Assembly: GCF_009914755.1 (NCBI RefSeq)
Contig: NC_060942.1
From: the human T2T-CHM13v2.0 reference genome, Homo sapiens
DNA length: 64,000 nt
Strand: one strand, 5' to 3'
Part shown: in pieces, positions 42,336 to 55,424 of the stretch
Numbering within the stretch: position 1 is the stretch's first letter
How the letters are laid out: each line of letters opens with the position of its first letter
Made by a program: the position numbers and the translations under genes
Notes under the pieces: generated by a model
What the model was told of the DNA's origin: nothing
Seen by the model: only the letters and a program-made list of their open reading frames with translations
Databases searched by the model: none

Positions 42336-43749
42336 TATATATAATAACCTTCACCTAATCTTAATACATTCTCTCCACTTTTAAACCAAACTTTAAAGTC
42401 TCAATAAAAATAGTGATGCTGCCCTTTTTCATGTTTGAGGTGGTAGTGACCCTTATACTAATAAGCCACAAGTTTAGCTTTCTTATAGCAACAAGTTCTG
42501 GTAATATTTGGGAGGCTGGTATTCAACAGATTACTTAAGTTCCTATTTTGGGGATCCGTGCTATTGAAGAACTTAAGAACCGATTACTCTCCATTGCTTA
42601 AAGTAACCTAGATTCCTGGAAACTTACCCATTCATTTCCATTAAATGTGCTAGGATTTTCTGCTCAATCCATTTTGGTAAATGAGTGTCTGACTCTCTTG
42701 CTTATGTGTCATGTCAAATGATTGTGTAACCATGTGTTGGATTCTCAACCCCTCAAGCTATTGAGATTGATCACAGATGGACAAAAATACCAGCCTCTCA
42801 CAAGCCATAATGATTTTGTTTGTGAAAGGAGAAACAAATGAATCCTGAGCCAGTCTTTCATTCAAATGTGTAAGAAAAAGATCACAGACTACAGGAAGCT
42901 TTCTACCTCCCTATTTAAATATCCACCAGCTTCCAGTCCCAGGCTATGGAAGTATACTACTGTGACTTCCATAATCAGATTCAAATTCCTTAGTATTAAG
43001 GATTCTTGTCTTACAAAAGGTATGTACCATTGTCAGTGGCTGCCATTCACAACTTGAAGTGAATCAGTTAGAGATTTGCTATGTGGCAGAAACAGGAGAC
43101 TAGACATTGGAGAGGGATGCCAGAGTAAACAAGCTGGGCATAGGAGGAGAAATAATATGAAGGCTTAGAGAGGAGTCGCTTGAAGCCATAAATGAATGTG
43201 ATTTGGAGACAGCTTTTGTGTACACTGGCACCTTCACGATTTTCTCAAGGTTGCTGTATAAACCTTTTTTATATCCTTGCTGAAGTTTTCTGTCTACTAA
43301 AGGTAAATTTGTTTTGGAAAATAATAAAAAATAATAATCCAGAATAAAATGAAGGGCTATATTAGGTAATGTAATTCTGCATCCAAAACGTAAGATGGAG
43401 AAAATAAATCAGATTATCTCATATTATTGTTGTTATTGTTATTGTTTATTGCCTTTGAACTGGTTCTGAAGACATGTATCATAGGTATAAATGTAAATCT
43501 CCAAAAATCACTATTATGAAAGGTACACTTTATTGAGGATATGAAATTACATTTACTTGTTTAAAGTCAGTTTGAGTTCTGTAGTTCAATGCCATACTAT
43601 ACAAAAATAAAATTCACCCAGCTGGAACTTTTTTTAAATCAACTTTGTTCCTGTTTATCAGAAGAGTCTCATGACAGATGGGATTCATATTTTTTATTTG
43701 GAAAATCACATTCTCTCAATTAGGTTATTTACTAAAGTTTATGCCAGGT

Positions 43750-44541
43750 TTCTGGTTGTTCTGATTATTTATTCACTTTTTATATATAGTTTAGTACGTT
43801 CTCTGTGATATAGTTCTTTTCCTGCTGGAATACTTCTTCACAAGTGTTTTCACAAGAACCCAATTTCTCTGAGGTCTGCAAAACCTGCGGTTTTACACAC
43901 ATGAGGTCTTGTATAAGGCTTTGTAGAACTTAAAGTATCTTTATTTTATCTTTAAGTTATAGTTTAGCCACATATAAGATGCTGCATTGCAATTTCTGTT
44001 TTTCTCTCAATATTTTGAACACATCACTAGATCTTATGCTTGGTTGTTACCTTACTTACTAGTTACAAGTTTTTAATCGATACTTATTCCTTGTAGATTT
44101 TCACCTCATTTATTCCAGAAACCTGCTTTCAATCACGCATATTCAAGATTAATGGTTTTCTTTTTATTTTTCCTGTTTGATAAGGTTAAACACTGTTGAT
44201 CTGAGACTTAAAAAAAAAATCTTTGTTTATTTAAGCTTATTGGTCTTTTTTTCTTCTATTTATTTCTCTTTATCAAGTAAATTTCCCCCTTCTGTAAAAC
44301 ATACTGACATGTATTGACATTTTTATTTCTATCTTCTATATCTCTTCATTTTTTTCTTTCAGATAGTTTTGTTTTTATGCATTCTTCATATTTTGACATG
44401 CTCGTGGATCTGATATTTAAATCTATTAATGTATTCTTAAGCTTTGTACATACTGCTCTTCAATTGTTTGTCTTTATTTTTCCTCAAAATTTTCATGTCA
44501 AATATTGCCTGTATTCATTAAGGATGTATGTCAGGCTAATG
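43750..44541 (-). mobile_element. Ancient L1/HAL1 ORF1-region remnant that resumes after 44935
   Basis: T-rich; aaagtatctttattttatc...agttatagtttagccacatataagatgct...tttctctcaatattttgaacacatcact. Confidence 0.5.
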
Positions 44542-44557
44542 TAAAATGGTTGTTAAT

Positions 44558-44773
44558 CATAGACACAATAAAAGGAATAACAAACACTAGGGCCTACTGG
44601 AGGTTGGAGGGAGGGAGGAGGGAGAGGATCAGAAGAAAACAACCATTGGGTACTCGGCTTAGTACCTGGGTGATGAAACAATCTGTATAACAAATGCTGT
44701 GATATGATTTTACCTATACAACAAACCCACACATTTAACTCTGAACATAACATAGAAGTTAAAAAAAAAAAAA
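44558..44773 (+). mobile_element. L1PA15/16-like 3'-end fragment with poly-A
   Basis: ggcctactggaggttggagggagggaggagggagaggatcagaa...ttgggtactcggcttagtacctgggtgatgaaacaatctgta followed by A13. Confidence 0.9.
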
Positions 44774-44910
44774 TTTTGGCTCCCCCAGAATTGAACTACT
44801 AATGGTCTGCTATTGACTGGAAGCTTTAACAATAACATAAATATTGGATTAACATATATTTTGTATGTTTTATGTATTACATATGGTATTTTTACCACAA
44901 AATAATCTGG
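44774..44910 (+). mobile_element. Tigger2 (MER28/Tigger2a-like) internal fragment without termini
   Basis: ttttggctcccccagaattgaactactaatggtctgctattgactggaagc...aacataaa...gattaacatatattttgtatgtt matches the Tigger2 subterminal region. Confidence 0.75.
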
Positions 44911-46059
44911 AAAAAAAATAAAATGGTCTTTAATTCTTTATTTCGAATTAAGTGTTCCATTTGTTGACTTTTTTTTTCTTTTTATAATAGCGGTGCTCCT
45001 TGTATATTTGTTTGGTTTGTTGGCAGATTTTCTGTTAGCTCATATTCCTCTGGAATATCTTGGACTTTGCTATGATGCGTAGGAGAAAGTATGAAGCGCC
45101 AGGGTCGACCTTGGATCCCTTAGTTGATTTAGAAAAGGTAAGTGTGAAGGGAAATGTAAGATTCTCTGGTGTTACAATCTGAGCTCAGCTAAATTTCATT
45201 TGTATATGTTCCCCAAGAGGTAATTCTGCCCTTCAGAGAACCCATGTAACTGTGTTACCCTCCACCCCAAGCATTAAGATTTTCCAAGAGTTGCTTCCCC
45301 TTTAAATTTATCCATTGCTTGGGGTATATGAGTCGAGGTAAGCATGTTGAGAGGTGGGTCTTCTTGCACATGTTGTCTGCTTTCAGTCTCAAACTGAGGC
45401 TATATCTCCATCAACATGACACCCACCATCCTGGCTGGCACTAAGAGGTGCTGGTACTCTCTGCTTCTGCTTCATAGTAACTCAAGAGCAGTCACTCAAA
45501 CTTTAAATATAAATATTTAAAATATAAAACTAAGGGCTTTTCTCTAGATTTTCCCCATTGTGACATCCAGCCCTCATTCATTAGGCTACTGTGCCTCTGA
45601 AACCAGGATGTAGCAACCTACTCCTTTTAGAGGATTCCACAATTTTGTTTTCTTAAAGTAATCTATGTCTACGAGAGGCAAGTAGACTATTGATGCAATA
45701 ACTTAATAAGTTGCAAGGGATGGTGGGGAAGGAAAAATATTTTTAATATTTTTCAATTTTCAATATTTTTTCTATTTTCTAGAAATTATTCCACCTTGTG
45801 CTAAGCTTTCTTTTCAGACCACAGATCAATCATGAGTGTTTATTATGTTGAGGACCATGTGTCATCTGCCTTTAAGAGCTTTTAATGGGCTTTGATACCC
45901 AAGCAACAGCATTAACTATGGTTAAACTACAATACTGAGTTCAGTGGAATGACAACAGTCTTACAGAATATTGGAGGAGGGAATAATTATTGTAAATTGG
46001 GGTGATAAAGAGGCATAATGGTGTAAGAACAATATATACACATATAATATACATAAACA

Positions 46060-46245
46060 ATTTATGTATAATTCTTAGGAAAGCCCTTTAATGTAGGTAC
46101 TAGTATTCCTTGTTTATAGATGATGAATCTGAATCCTAGAAAGCATAACACAATTATTTGAGATCACATAGGTAGCAAATGCCAGAGCTGGGATTCAAGT
46201 AGACAAGTCTTTGATGCCAAAGCCATTGCTCTTTTTAATAACTCT
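46060..46245 (-). mobile_element. MIR
   Basis: gtaggtactagtattccttgtttatagatgatgaatctga...agatcacataggtagcaaatgccagagctgggattcaa. Confidence 0.75.
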
Positions 46246-47484
46246 GCAAATGCAACTAGCCTAGTTTGATTGAGAAGGCTTGCCGTAGTCTTTATTATGA
46301 AATAAATTAATCTTAACAGTTTGTATACACAGGTAGGCAGAGTTGGCATTTACAAACATAAACACAGTCATTCATGTTTATGTCAAATCAAATCGATGCA
46401 TGTATTAAAAGGGGAGGATCTCTACCACTACAATAAAGATGACTGTTTCTTGTATGTACTGACTTATTATCCCTCCTCCTTGGAGTATAGACGATCAAGA
46501 CTGGCCTGTGTAGTAAGACACAGCAGAGCAATAGTGGTCCTTCTCAAAGAATGAAAGTTATTCTAACTCCAAATGAATGGTGTATTTAGAAAGTAAATTT
46601 AAGAAGATTGAAATTGTGTTTCACACAGTAATATCACAAAGTAATCACAATCTTATCACAAAGTAATAAGATTCAGGTAGGGAAACACATGTCTGAAATT
46701 TATTTTCAGTATCGTCAGGGAGTTGTAGTATTAGAAAGTTTCATGAGTAATGTTAACAGGAATGTCAGAAGTCTAGTCTGCTAGTCTGATTGCAGAAAGC
46801 ATCCTGCTGTGAATGTGGAATGAGAATGCTAAATTTCCAGCAGAAGAGCTCATACTGGATATAGTTATGACTTCACATGAAAAGTAATGTATGGTGCAAA
46901 AGATAACGGAGAAGAGTACAATACAATCTGCACGCATTCCTGGGTTTATAGCCAATCAAATGGAGTATTAAAATGTGAGCACACTTAATTAAATGTCTCA
47001 TTTTGAGTAGTGTGATGAATAAGGGTCATGAAATGATTAGTGCTGAGAACTCAAAGTCAAATGCACTAATTCCATTTCAAACACTATCTTCGATTCACAT
47101 TTGAGATTGAGAAGGCATGAATTCAAGCTTCTGCTCAGTGACATCTTGCATTGAGTCCTGCAACATAAACTCTTACTACTGTGTCTTATCAAACTCTACC
47201 TACACCTGGGCAAACATAACTTAGCTTCCTAGTCGTGAAGAGAAAAAAGAAAAGCTGAATCACTCAATTCATCAGGAAGTATAAAATGCCTTGTTTCTAG
47301 CTTTCAAAATTTTATCTACTTCTGAATAAAAGAGTTTGCTAAATGTGTGTCTTCAAAAGGCAAATTATACATTTGTAAAGCTTGTTTGTTAAGGGAATGG
47401 GAAGTCACTCTTGGTAGCTGTTGTTTCTGTCTGTGAAAACTTATGGGAGAAATGTACAAATTCATCCTTCAGAGGACCATTAGT

Positions 47485-47529
47485 ATTGTTCTTTTTAATA
47501 ACTCTGCAAATGCAACTAGCCTATTTTGA
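47485..47529 (+). repeat. 45-bp dispersed direct copy of 46225-46269
   Basis: attg(c/t)tctttttaataactctgcaaatgcaactagccta(g/t)tttga; 43/45 identical, offset 1260 bp. Confidence 0.92.
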
Positions 47530-48077
47530 ATAAAGTATTTGAATTCAAATATAAAGACTTCCAGAAAGCTGAGAAAACTGAAAATCTTCCATTAGTCTCA
47601 TGTAAGTGTTAGAAAACTCATTTATTAAACCTGCAGGATTCAATTTATTAAGAATTTGACATTTGATAGAAATCGTGATGGAATCTGAGGATTTTTTAAA
47701 ATATTATATATAGCCCGGTTCCTGTTTTCAAGAGTTTCCTACCAAATTCAAGTTAACTTATTCACATGAAGAGATTCTTAACACCATTCAATAATTTAGG
47801 GAAAGTGTTTCATAAGTAGGGCACTCAGAAATTAAGTAATCAAACTTGGGATCAGAACTATGTAATCAAAATCTACTTAGTTCTCACTATGTACAGGACA
47901 ATGAAATAGCTGCTGTAGATCCCAGAAAGACATTTAGAAGGGGAAATCTAGGTTTCCCCTGTTTCTCACTGCCACAAGTGCACTTTCTTAGCTATTATGT
48001 AAATAGCCAAATTGTTCTAAGTGCTTTTCGAAATAAAATCTTTACTCCTCTAAAGGCAAAGAATAATCCCTTTCTCC

Positions 48078-48310
48078 TGTAAAGCACTTGGCAATTTTCA
48101 AAGCACTTTTATATTCATGATCTCACTTCATATTCACAGCACACCTATAAAATAAGTAGGGCAGGTGTTACTATCTACATATATTTTCCACCTTAGAAAC
48201 TGAGGCGTAAAGAGATTACAACTTTCCCAAAGACACAGCTAATGTGTGATGGAAAAGAGACTAGAACAAAAGTATTCTAACTCCTAACGCAGTGCTTTTC
48301 TTGTAATAGT
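48078..48310 (-). mobile_element. MIR (MIRb/c-like)
   Basis: ttttcaaagcacttttatattcatgatctca...agtagggcaggtgttactatc...agaaactgaggcgtaaagagatt...cccaaagacacagctaat. Confidence 0.8.
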
Positions 48311-48914
48311 ATACAAAGAAGCCATGGTTATTTGACAGAAGATAGGAGAAGAAAGAAGCATGAGAAGAGAAAACAGAAGGTTTAGGGGCAGTTATCAGAC
48401 CAAAGTTAATGACCAGCTTTGTCTTCAAATAGTCTCCAAGCCATCCCACCCACCTTTGATTGCTGCATTTCTTGTTCCAGATCTAGTAAGGTTCCATTAC
48501 ATTTGTAAAAGTGTCTCAGAGCATTTCCAGCTCTACTTCAGGGCCCTCTAAACTTGATTAGCACTTTCTGTGAAATGAAAAATAGTATGATCTCCTCTGC
48601 TGGTCATTTGTCTTTATATTCTTTAAGTTGTTATTTTATAGTTTCATATCTTTATGATTAGATTGTGTGCTTCTTGCAGGCAGGTAGCAGAAAACAAACT
48701 CATTCCACTCCTTTAAAATCTTTAAAGATATACAAACAGGGTTGTACTGGAGGGAAAGAAAAAAAAAATTCCACAAAAGCAAAATATAGTTAATTTGATT
48801 TTATCCTCATCTGCTGCCTAAGTCTCCTAGTTAACACTTATTTTGCTAATAGAACAACCTGGAGCTATGCTGTCACCTACAGTAGCCATTAGCCATTTTT
48901 CGCTACCCTTAAAA

Positions 48915-49510
48915 TTTTAAGATGTTTATTGAGGTATAATTGATACAGCCTGTATATAATTAAAATATACAATCTGATAACTTTGACATATGTGCACACC
49001 TGTGAAGTTATCACAAACATCAAGAAAATAAACATAACTGGTTCTCAAAAAAGTATCCTCATGTCCTTTGTAAGGCATCCTTTCTACTCCTCCTTGCTCC
49101 AGATAAGCACTTACCTGCTTTCTGTCCTTACAGATTCATTTGCTTTTTCTACAGTTCAACATGAATGGAATCATATAGTATGCATTTTTGGTGGGATGAG
49201 GGGCGGTCTGGCTTCTTTCAATAAGTGTAATTATTTGAGGTTCATCCACACTTTTACTTGTCAGTAGCTCATTCCTTACCATTGCTAAATTGTACATCAT
49301 TGTATGGATGTAGTACAATCCATTTATCTCGTCGCCTTTTGGTGGACTATTGTATCGTTTCCAATTTTTGGCTATTAGGAACAAAGCTCACATAGGACAT
49401 TGTATAAGTTTTTATAAAAGCATTCACTTACATTTCACTTGACTAAATGTATAGGCATAGAATGGCTGCATTATATGATAGTTATATGTTTAACATTTTA
49501 AAAAATTCCA
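48915..49510 (-). mobile_element. L1MC/L1MD 3' end
   Basis: tttattgaggtataattga...tttgacatatgtgcacacctgtgaa...atggaatcatatagtatg...tttccaatttttggctatta. Confidence 0.85.
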
Positions 49511-49960
49511 GGTGTGTCTGTTAGCATGATGCAGGCTTTGAGGATGAGATGAATATATTAAATAGTATATAACTCTTGCTAGGTTAAAGATTTTTATGAG
49601 AAATATTTGGTGTTAAATGCTTTTTCAACATCTGTGGTGATGTTCATATAGTTTTTCTCCTTAGATTATTAGTGAAATAAATTACGTAAATAGACTTCTC
49701 AATACTGATCCATCCTTACATTCTTAGAATAAACTCTCCTTTATTGTGATTTTTTGTTTTTTTACTAAGTCCTGTTTTTCAATGTTGTACTTAAGATTTT
49801 TGCATAAATACACAAGTAAGGTTGGTGTGTGTGGAAATTTTGCAGTTGTAGGGGTTTACTATTAATTTTAAATTTGTTTCATACCAAGAAATCGATAGAT
49901 ATACCTTTTTCCCCTATGTTCTGGAACATTTTATGTAACATTAGTTTATCCATTCTTTAA
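49511..49960 (-). mobile_element. Ancient L1M ORF2 fragment
   Basis: aaatgctttttcaacatctgtggtgatgttcatatagtttttctcc...catccttacattcttagaataaac. Confidence 0.6.
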
Positions 49961-49979
49961 ATATAAAAACAATAGAAGA

Positions 49980-50636
49980 TACTGCTTTTCTTCCCCAGCT
50001 TTCTTGTTCATATTTGGAAAGTGATCTTATAAGAATTTCCCTCTTCCAGGGTCATTTTGGTTGAGAACTAAAGCCACCCAATTTCACATAATTTAATTAA
50101 CAGGACTGAGAACAAAGACCATAAGTCATTTGTGGTCTCATCTCACTTGTGTCAACGTGATTTTACTAGTGTTTCAAGGAAATTCTTGTCCAGGAAGATA
50201 TGGCTATAAATCAATAAATAACTTTATTATTCCCTTCAGGAAATTACTGAAAACCAACTTATCCCGTTTGCTCACCTTGGCAAACAGATCTTCTGATACA
50301 CAATGGGCTATTTACATGGGCAAGCAGCTGCTTAATGAATAGCAGTCTATTTATTGAGCCTCCTTTCAATACCCTCATCTGATTGTGTCCAAGAATCTTC
50401 ATTTATTATGTCACAAACTTTGTCTGATCCCATCCAGTTACCTACCTGGATAGTCTCATCTTAATCCATTGATCCCAGGCTCCAAAACCCTTATGCATAT
50501 CTGCCTTGACCTCCCCATTCTGAGGCACTCTTAAACTCAGTAAAGTTTGTGTTCTCCCTTACTGCAATTGTTTAATGAACTTAACTTTGCTTAAGTCACA
50601 GGTTATCCTAGCGATCTGTGGGAAGGTGGCACTTCA
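49980..50636 (+). mobile_element. ERVL-class solo LTR (MER76/LTR53-like)
   Basis: 3' end tctgaggcact...gtgttctcccttactgcaattgtttaatgaacttaactttgcttaagtcacaggtt...ggcacttca; interrupts L1M sequence. Confidence 0.5.
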
Positions 50637-50639
50637 TAT

Positions 50640-52860
50640 GGTAAATTATATTTTCCTGGAATTTATTTATTTCATCCACATTTTTTTATTTACTTGCTTA
50701 CAGTTGAGCATAGTTTTTTAATGGTAGTTATAAATAATCTCACTTTCTAATTGTATTTTCCTCTTCTTATTTCTGCATTTGAAACTTTTTCCCTTTGTTT
50801 CTAGAACTGGTTACCTACTGGTCTTATACTTTAATGTTGTTTTCTGTATTTCTATTATTTTCTATTTTTTAACTAGTATTTTTTTTCTGATCGCCTTCAA
50901 ACTTACATTCCATAGGCAGTAGTATTTAAATCTTTTAGTACAATGATTTTCTAAGAATTTCAAAAAGCCAATTTCTACTTCCATTTTGACACAAGATTAG
51001 ATATTAAAATTATTTTTATATAATTTATTGATTTCTAGTTGAGGGTCATCCTTGTTTTTTGATTCTGTCAATTTCAATTTTTTATTTTGTCTAAAAAACA
51101 ATTTTAAATATTTCTAATTTTGAAAATTTACTGAAATTTTCTTTGTGGCCTAATATATAAATATTCAATTTTTATGATGATCATGAAATTTGAAAGCAAA
51201 AACAAAGCTTTTCACCCTCTATGTTCAGAATACAGAATTTGTTATATATAATAATATACATAAATATCTGTATTAATATTATATATAATAAACATATACA
51301 TTACATCTTTATAATACAATTTATACCAAATTATTTAATAATAAAGTTTTCCTTAATTATATTTTTTACCTTTATTTCTTTTTTACACATGCCCAATTAC
51401 GAAGTAAGAATTGTGAAATACAGTTTCAGTGCAATTCTCTTTATTTATCCCTGTATTTCATTTAGTTTTTGCATTGTGTGTATTGCTGCTGTTATTTGGT
51501 GCAGTGATACTCTTAATTATTAGTGCCCTTTTTGCTTATTTAATGCCTTTCATGTGTGAGTTTTAACTACTATCTATTTTAAAATTCTATTTATTTATAA
51601 TAGTATTGCCTTGTATAAGTTTTCCTACTATTTTATTTTTATATTTTTATAATCACTCTGTGTTAGATATGTCTTACAAATATATCATGGAGTTGGGTTT
51701 TGTTTTGTGCTCTAATTTGAAATTATATTTTCATTTAATGAGTTAAGTCCATTAATATTTATTGATGCAATGGACACGTAAAATCTTCATTCTGTCAGAT
51801 CATTTATTGTTCTTTGTTTTCATAGTTTTCTGTTTTGTTTTGTAAGTCATTTGTGATCCCTTCCCAATTTCAGGCACCAGATATGTGTCTGTAAGTTATG
51901 CACCTATTTCCTTTCCTTGGCCTTCTTTTATTCTATACTAATTTTATAGTAAATATTTTTTAATGGCTACTAGATGCCACAAATTTATTTTAAAAATTAT
52001 TAATGTTTAATTTTTTTCAATGTATCTTACCAAATTTCTTAATACTTTTTAATAACATTTAAAAGAGGAATTTGTAATTTATCTCCCCATTTGGGGGTTG
52101 ATAACTTAGTTTTCTCATCTTTCTTCATTTTCTAAATCCCTTAAAAGAAATATCAATCACAATAACAGCAGGCATCTTTGTCTTCTTTCTAATTTTAATA
52201 GAAACTGTTTTAGCATTTTACCACCCTCAGTGTTATACAACACTGTTCTTTAAAAATTAGTTTTCACTATCACCTCTGTACACCAGTATCTCAAGTATTA
52301 TCAGATGACTCTTGATAACAACTCTTAAGATGATTATAGTCCTTTCATTAATTAATTATATTGATAGGCTTCTAGAGGCAGACTCATTACTATATTCCTG
52401 GAGTAAATTCAATCTTTTTGAAGTATATTATCCTTTGACACCTGTGTGAATTCTACTTCCCCTTTTAATGAGAATTTTACATGCATATTCCTAAGCAACA
52501 TTATCTATATGTTTCCTTTTTACATATTACTTTTATGAAGGTCTGGTATCCCACTCATTGTGGGGGACAATTTACATTACATTGGAATTAACTGTTTTTC
52601 AATGGTTATATAGTTAAAACAACTGTGAGACATTGGTCCTAGAATAACTTTTAGGTAGAATTAACCTTTTCATTTTGCTTTTTTGTTTTATGTTTCATTA
52701 ACTTTCATCTTTTATTATTTTTATAATTTTTCTTCTCTCTTGATTTGTAATACTATATTCTTTAAAAAATTTTAGGATGAATGTGTTAAGGGCCTTTAAA
52801 ATTATAAATTATTTAAGTAGTTTTACATGTTTTCCATTTGTTGCCAAAAAAAATTTAGCA
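50640..52860 (-). mobile_element. Ancient L1M ORF2 fragments (probably more than one copy)
   Basis: T-rich; aatttactgaaattttctttgtggcctaatata, tttagtttttgcattgtgtgtattgctgctgttatttggtgca and gcaggcatctttgtcttctttctaattttaa. Confidence 0.6.
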
Positions 52861-52864
52861 GAAA

Positions 52865-53371
52865 TTGTTGGGTTTCTATGAAACACACATTTCTCCTTTA
52901 TATCCATTTAACACAATCAAGCAATCCTAATTAATGTAAGTAAATTATGGATCAAATTTACTTTGCCTGAGATTGGTTTGCACTTAGACATGTAACCAAA
53001 TTCTGGACAATGAGATGTGAATAGACATCTACTGGGGAATGTTGGGGAAAGATTTGTATGTTATTATAAAAAGACATACTAAAAAATATGTTCTCTTTAT
53101 CCAATGGATGCTGGCATATTTGAATATAATATCTGGAAATGAAGCACCCTTCTTGGAAATGTAGATAAAAGAGGACTAATAACAAATCTAACAAACCAAG
53201 GATGGCGAGGCATATAAGTGGAAGAAAAACAGGGCCCTGATGATGTATTGGAGCAGTGGAAGTAACCCTGGAAGCATTCATCTCAGGATTCCGTGTTATG
53301 GGAGATTATTACTAAAGCAATTTGAATCTGGCTTCTATGACAATTTTATCCAAATAATCTGAACCAACACA
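52865..53371 (+). mobile_element. MLT1J-like MaLR LTR
   Basis: gattggtttg...catgtaaccaaattctggacaatgagatgtga...ggatggc...gggccctgatgat...ctcaggattccgtgttatgggagatta. Confidence 0.65.
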
Positions 53372-53374
53372 GAA

Positions 53375-54840
53375 GGGTTTATTTTCCTTTTTAAAATTTT
53401 TCTATGCTGCTTATAATTTCAGTTTTGGCTTTACTTTGGCCCTCAAAGATTATTTAGATTGCTAATCCTTAATTCCTAAGATGTTAATAGTTGAAAGATA
53501 ATTTTATATTGAAATTTACATTGGATTATGATCAGCAATTGTGGACTATAAAACTTTTTCTTTTCAAAATGTTTTAAGTTGATAGACAAAATTTAATGAT
53601 TATAGTATTTCCTTAATATGAATAAAAATATATTTTCTTTCAGATGTAATGATATACATATTATATACTGTATATACCTACACATAAAAACTAGTTTATT
53701 GACCACATTATTCTATGCCTCTGTGCCCTCACTTATTTCTTGTCTATTATTTCAGTGCAATTCTTGAATGTAGTGCAATAAAATCTTTTTCCATGATTGC
53801 ATTTTTATCAAGGTCAATGTGCATTTCTAATATTTTGCTTTATATATTTAGCTGCTATCTTCCTGGTGCATGCAACTTTATGACTTTTATATCTTCGTAA
53901 ATTGTTCCTTTATCATTGTGTAATGCCCTTCGGTATCCTCTTGAGTACTTTTAACCTTAAATCCCACTTTCCCTGATATTAAGTTTAATATTCCAGCTTT
54001 GTTTTGTTTGCATTTGCTTAGTATCTTTTTTCATCTCTCTTTCTTCAAACTTTTTTTTTACTTTAAGTGTTCTTGCAACAAGATATAGCCAAATGTTTAT
54101 ATTTTCTTTAGTCTGAGACTTCTGCCTACTTGCAGATAGTATAGAGTCTTATGCCACAGTGTTTAATGTTTACCATTTAATGTATTTTGCTATGTCCTCA
54201 ATTCAATTTTACTCATTGTAGCTTATTTGATTTACTATTTGTTCTACTCTTTCCTTGTTAAATCAGGCTTTTGACTGATTTATTGACTTTCCATTCTTGT
54301 AATTGTTTTCCCTGCACATGTATACATGCAAGTTTTTCTATAGAATTTGTAATACATTATTTTTTTTTCTATCAGAGTCTTCATCCCCTATATGAAAGTT
54401 TAGAATACTTTTATTTTCCTCTTCTCCATGATATTTTATAACTCCTGGGTTTTGTTGAAATATCTACTTTTCAGTTTTTTTTTCAGTGTGTCTTTTTCAT
54501 TTCACAAATTCATATTTAGTAACTATATTATATATAATAATTCTCTCACAATCGATTTAGATTTAATTATATTTATTGCAAAATTCTTTATCTACAATTT
54601 CCCACTCATCTAATTCTTCCCCGCATTGAGATTTCTGTTTCAACTCATTTGGCGTTTAACGTTCTTCCTCAGGTCATTTCTTCTTCTGAGTGCTTGATTA
54701 ATATATGTTCTCCGATTCTCTGCATATTCAGAACTTTTTTTGATTCTATTGGTGAATGATATCTTGGCTGGCAGTAGGGTTTCAAGTTCAGAGTCCTTTT
54801 AACTCAACAGACCAAAGATAAAGATGATTATTCTATTATC
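53375..54840 (-). mobile_element. Ancient L1M remnants (ORF2 5' part to ORF1)
   Basis: ttgttcctttatcattgtgtaatgccct, gatattaagtttaatattccagctttgttttgtttgcatttgctt and gaatgatatcttggctggcagtagg. Confidence 0.55.
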
Positions 54841-54842
54841 TT

Positions 54843-55040
54843 TTAGCTATCAGGAAACGTTTTATGTAAAGACCCAGATAATAAAGAGCTTGGGCACTGC
54901 AAACTAGTCTTTATCTGTAGTAATCAACCCCACAATTGTAGCACAAAATTAGTCATAACAATATGCAAACAAATACATTTATTTACAAAAAGGGGCAGCA
55001 GGCTGGATTTAGCCCATGGGCCAATGTTTGCCAACCCCTG
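54843..55040 (-). mobile_element. MER58A-like hAT-Charlie element
   Basis: tgtaaagacccagataataaa...tttatttacaaaa...gcaggctggatttagcccatgggcca...tttgccaacccctg. Confidence 0.8.
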
Positions 55041-55424
55041 TGTTAGTACTTTTGCGAGTAATTTAATCTTTAAAAACTTTTTGCAGAAATGTTTCTCTTC
55101 ATTATTTGATTTAGAATACTAATAAGGTATGCCAAAGTATGTGTCTCTTTCTTTACTGCTGCACTGAAATTAAATGATTTTACAAACTCACGCTCAAATT
55201 CTTATTGTCTAGGAAAATGATTTTCTATCATTTAGATCAGTATTACCTCCTCTTCTTTTTTTTATTTTCCTTTTTTTCCAGTAATAGAAACTTCTATTTA
55301 TTGGCAATTTAGGGCTTCTGAATATCTTCCCTTCATATATGCTTTGTTTTTTAATGCTTCCCATCTTTTTGTATTTCTTCCTGCATTTTTGCCTCTTGAT
55401 CTTCTAGGCCACCAATTCCTGTCT

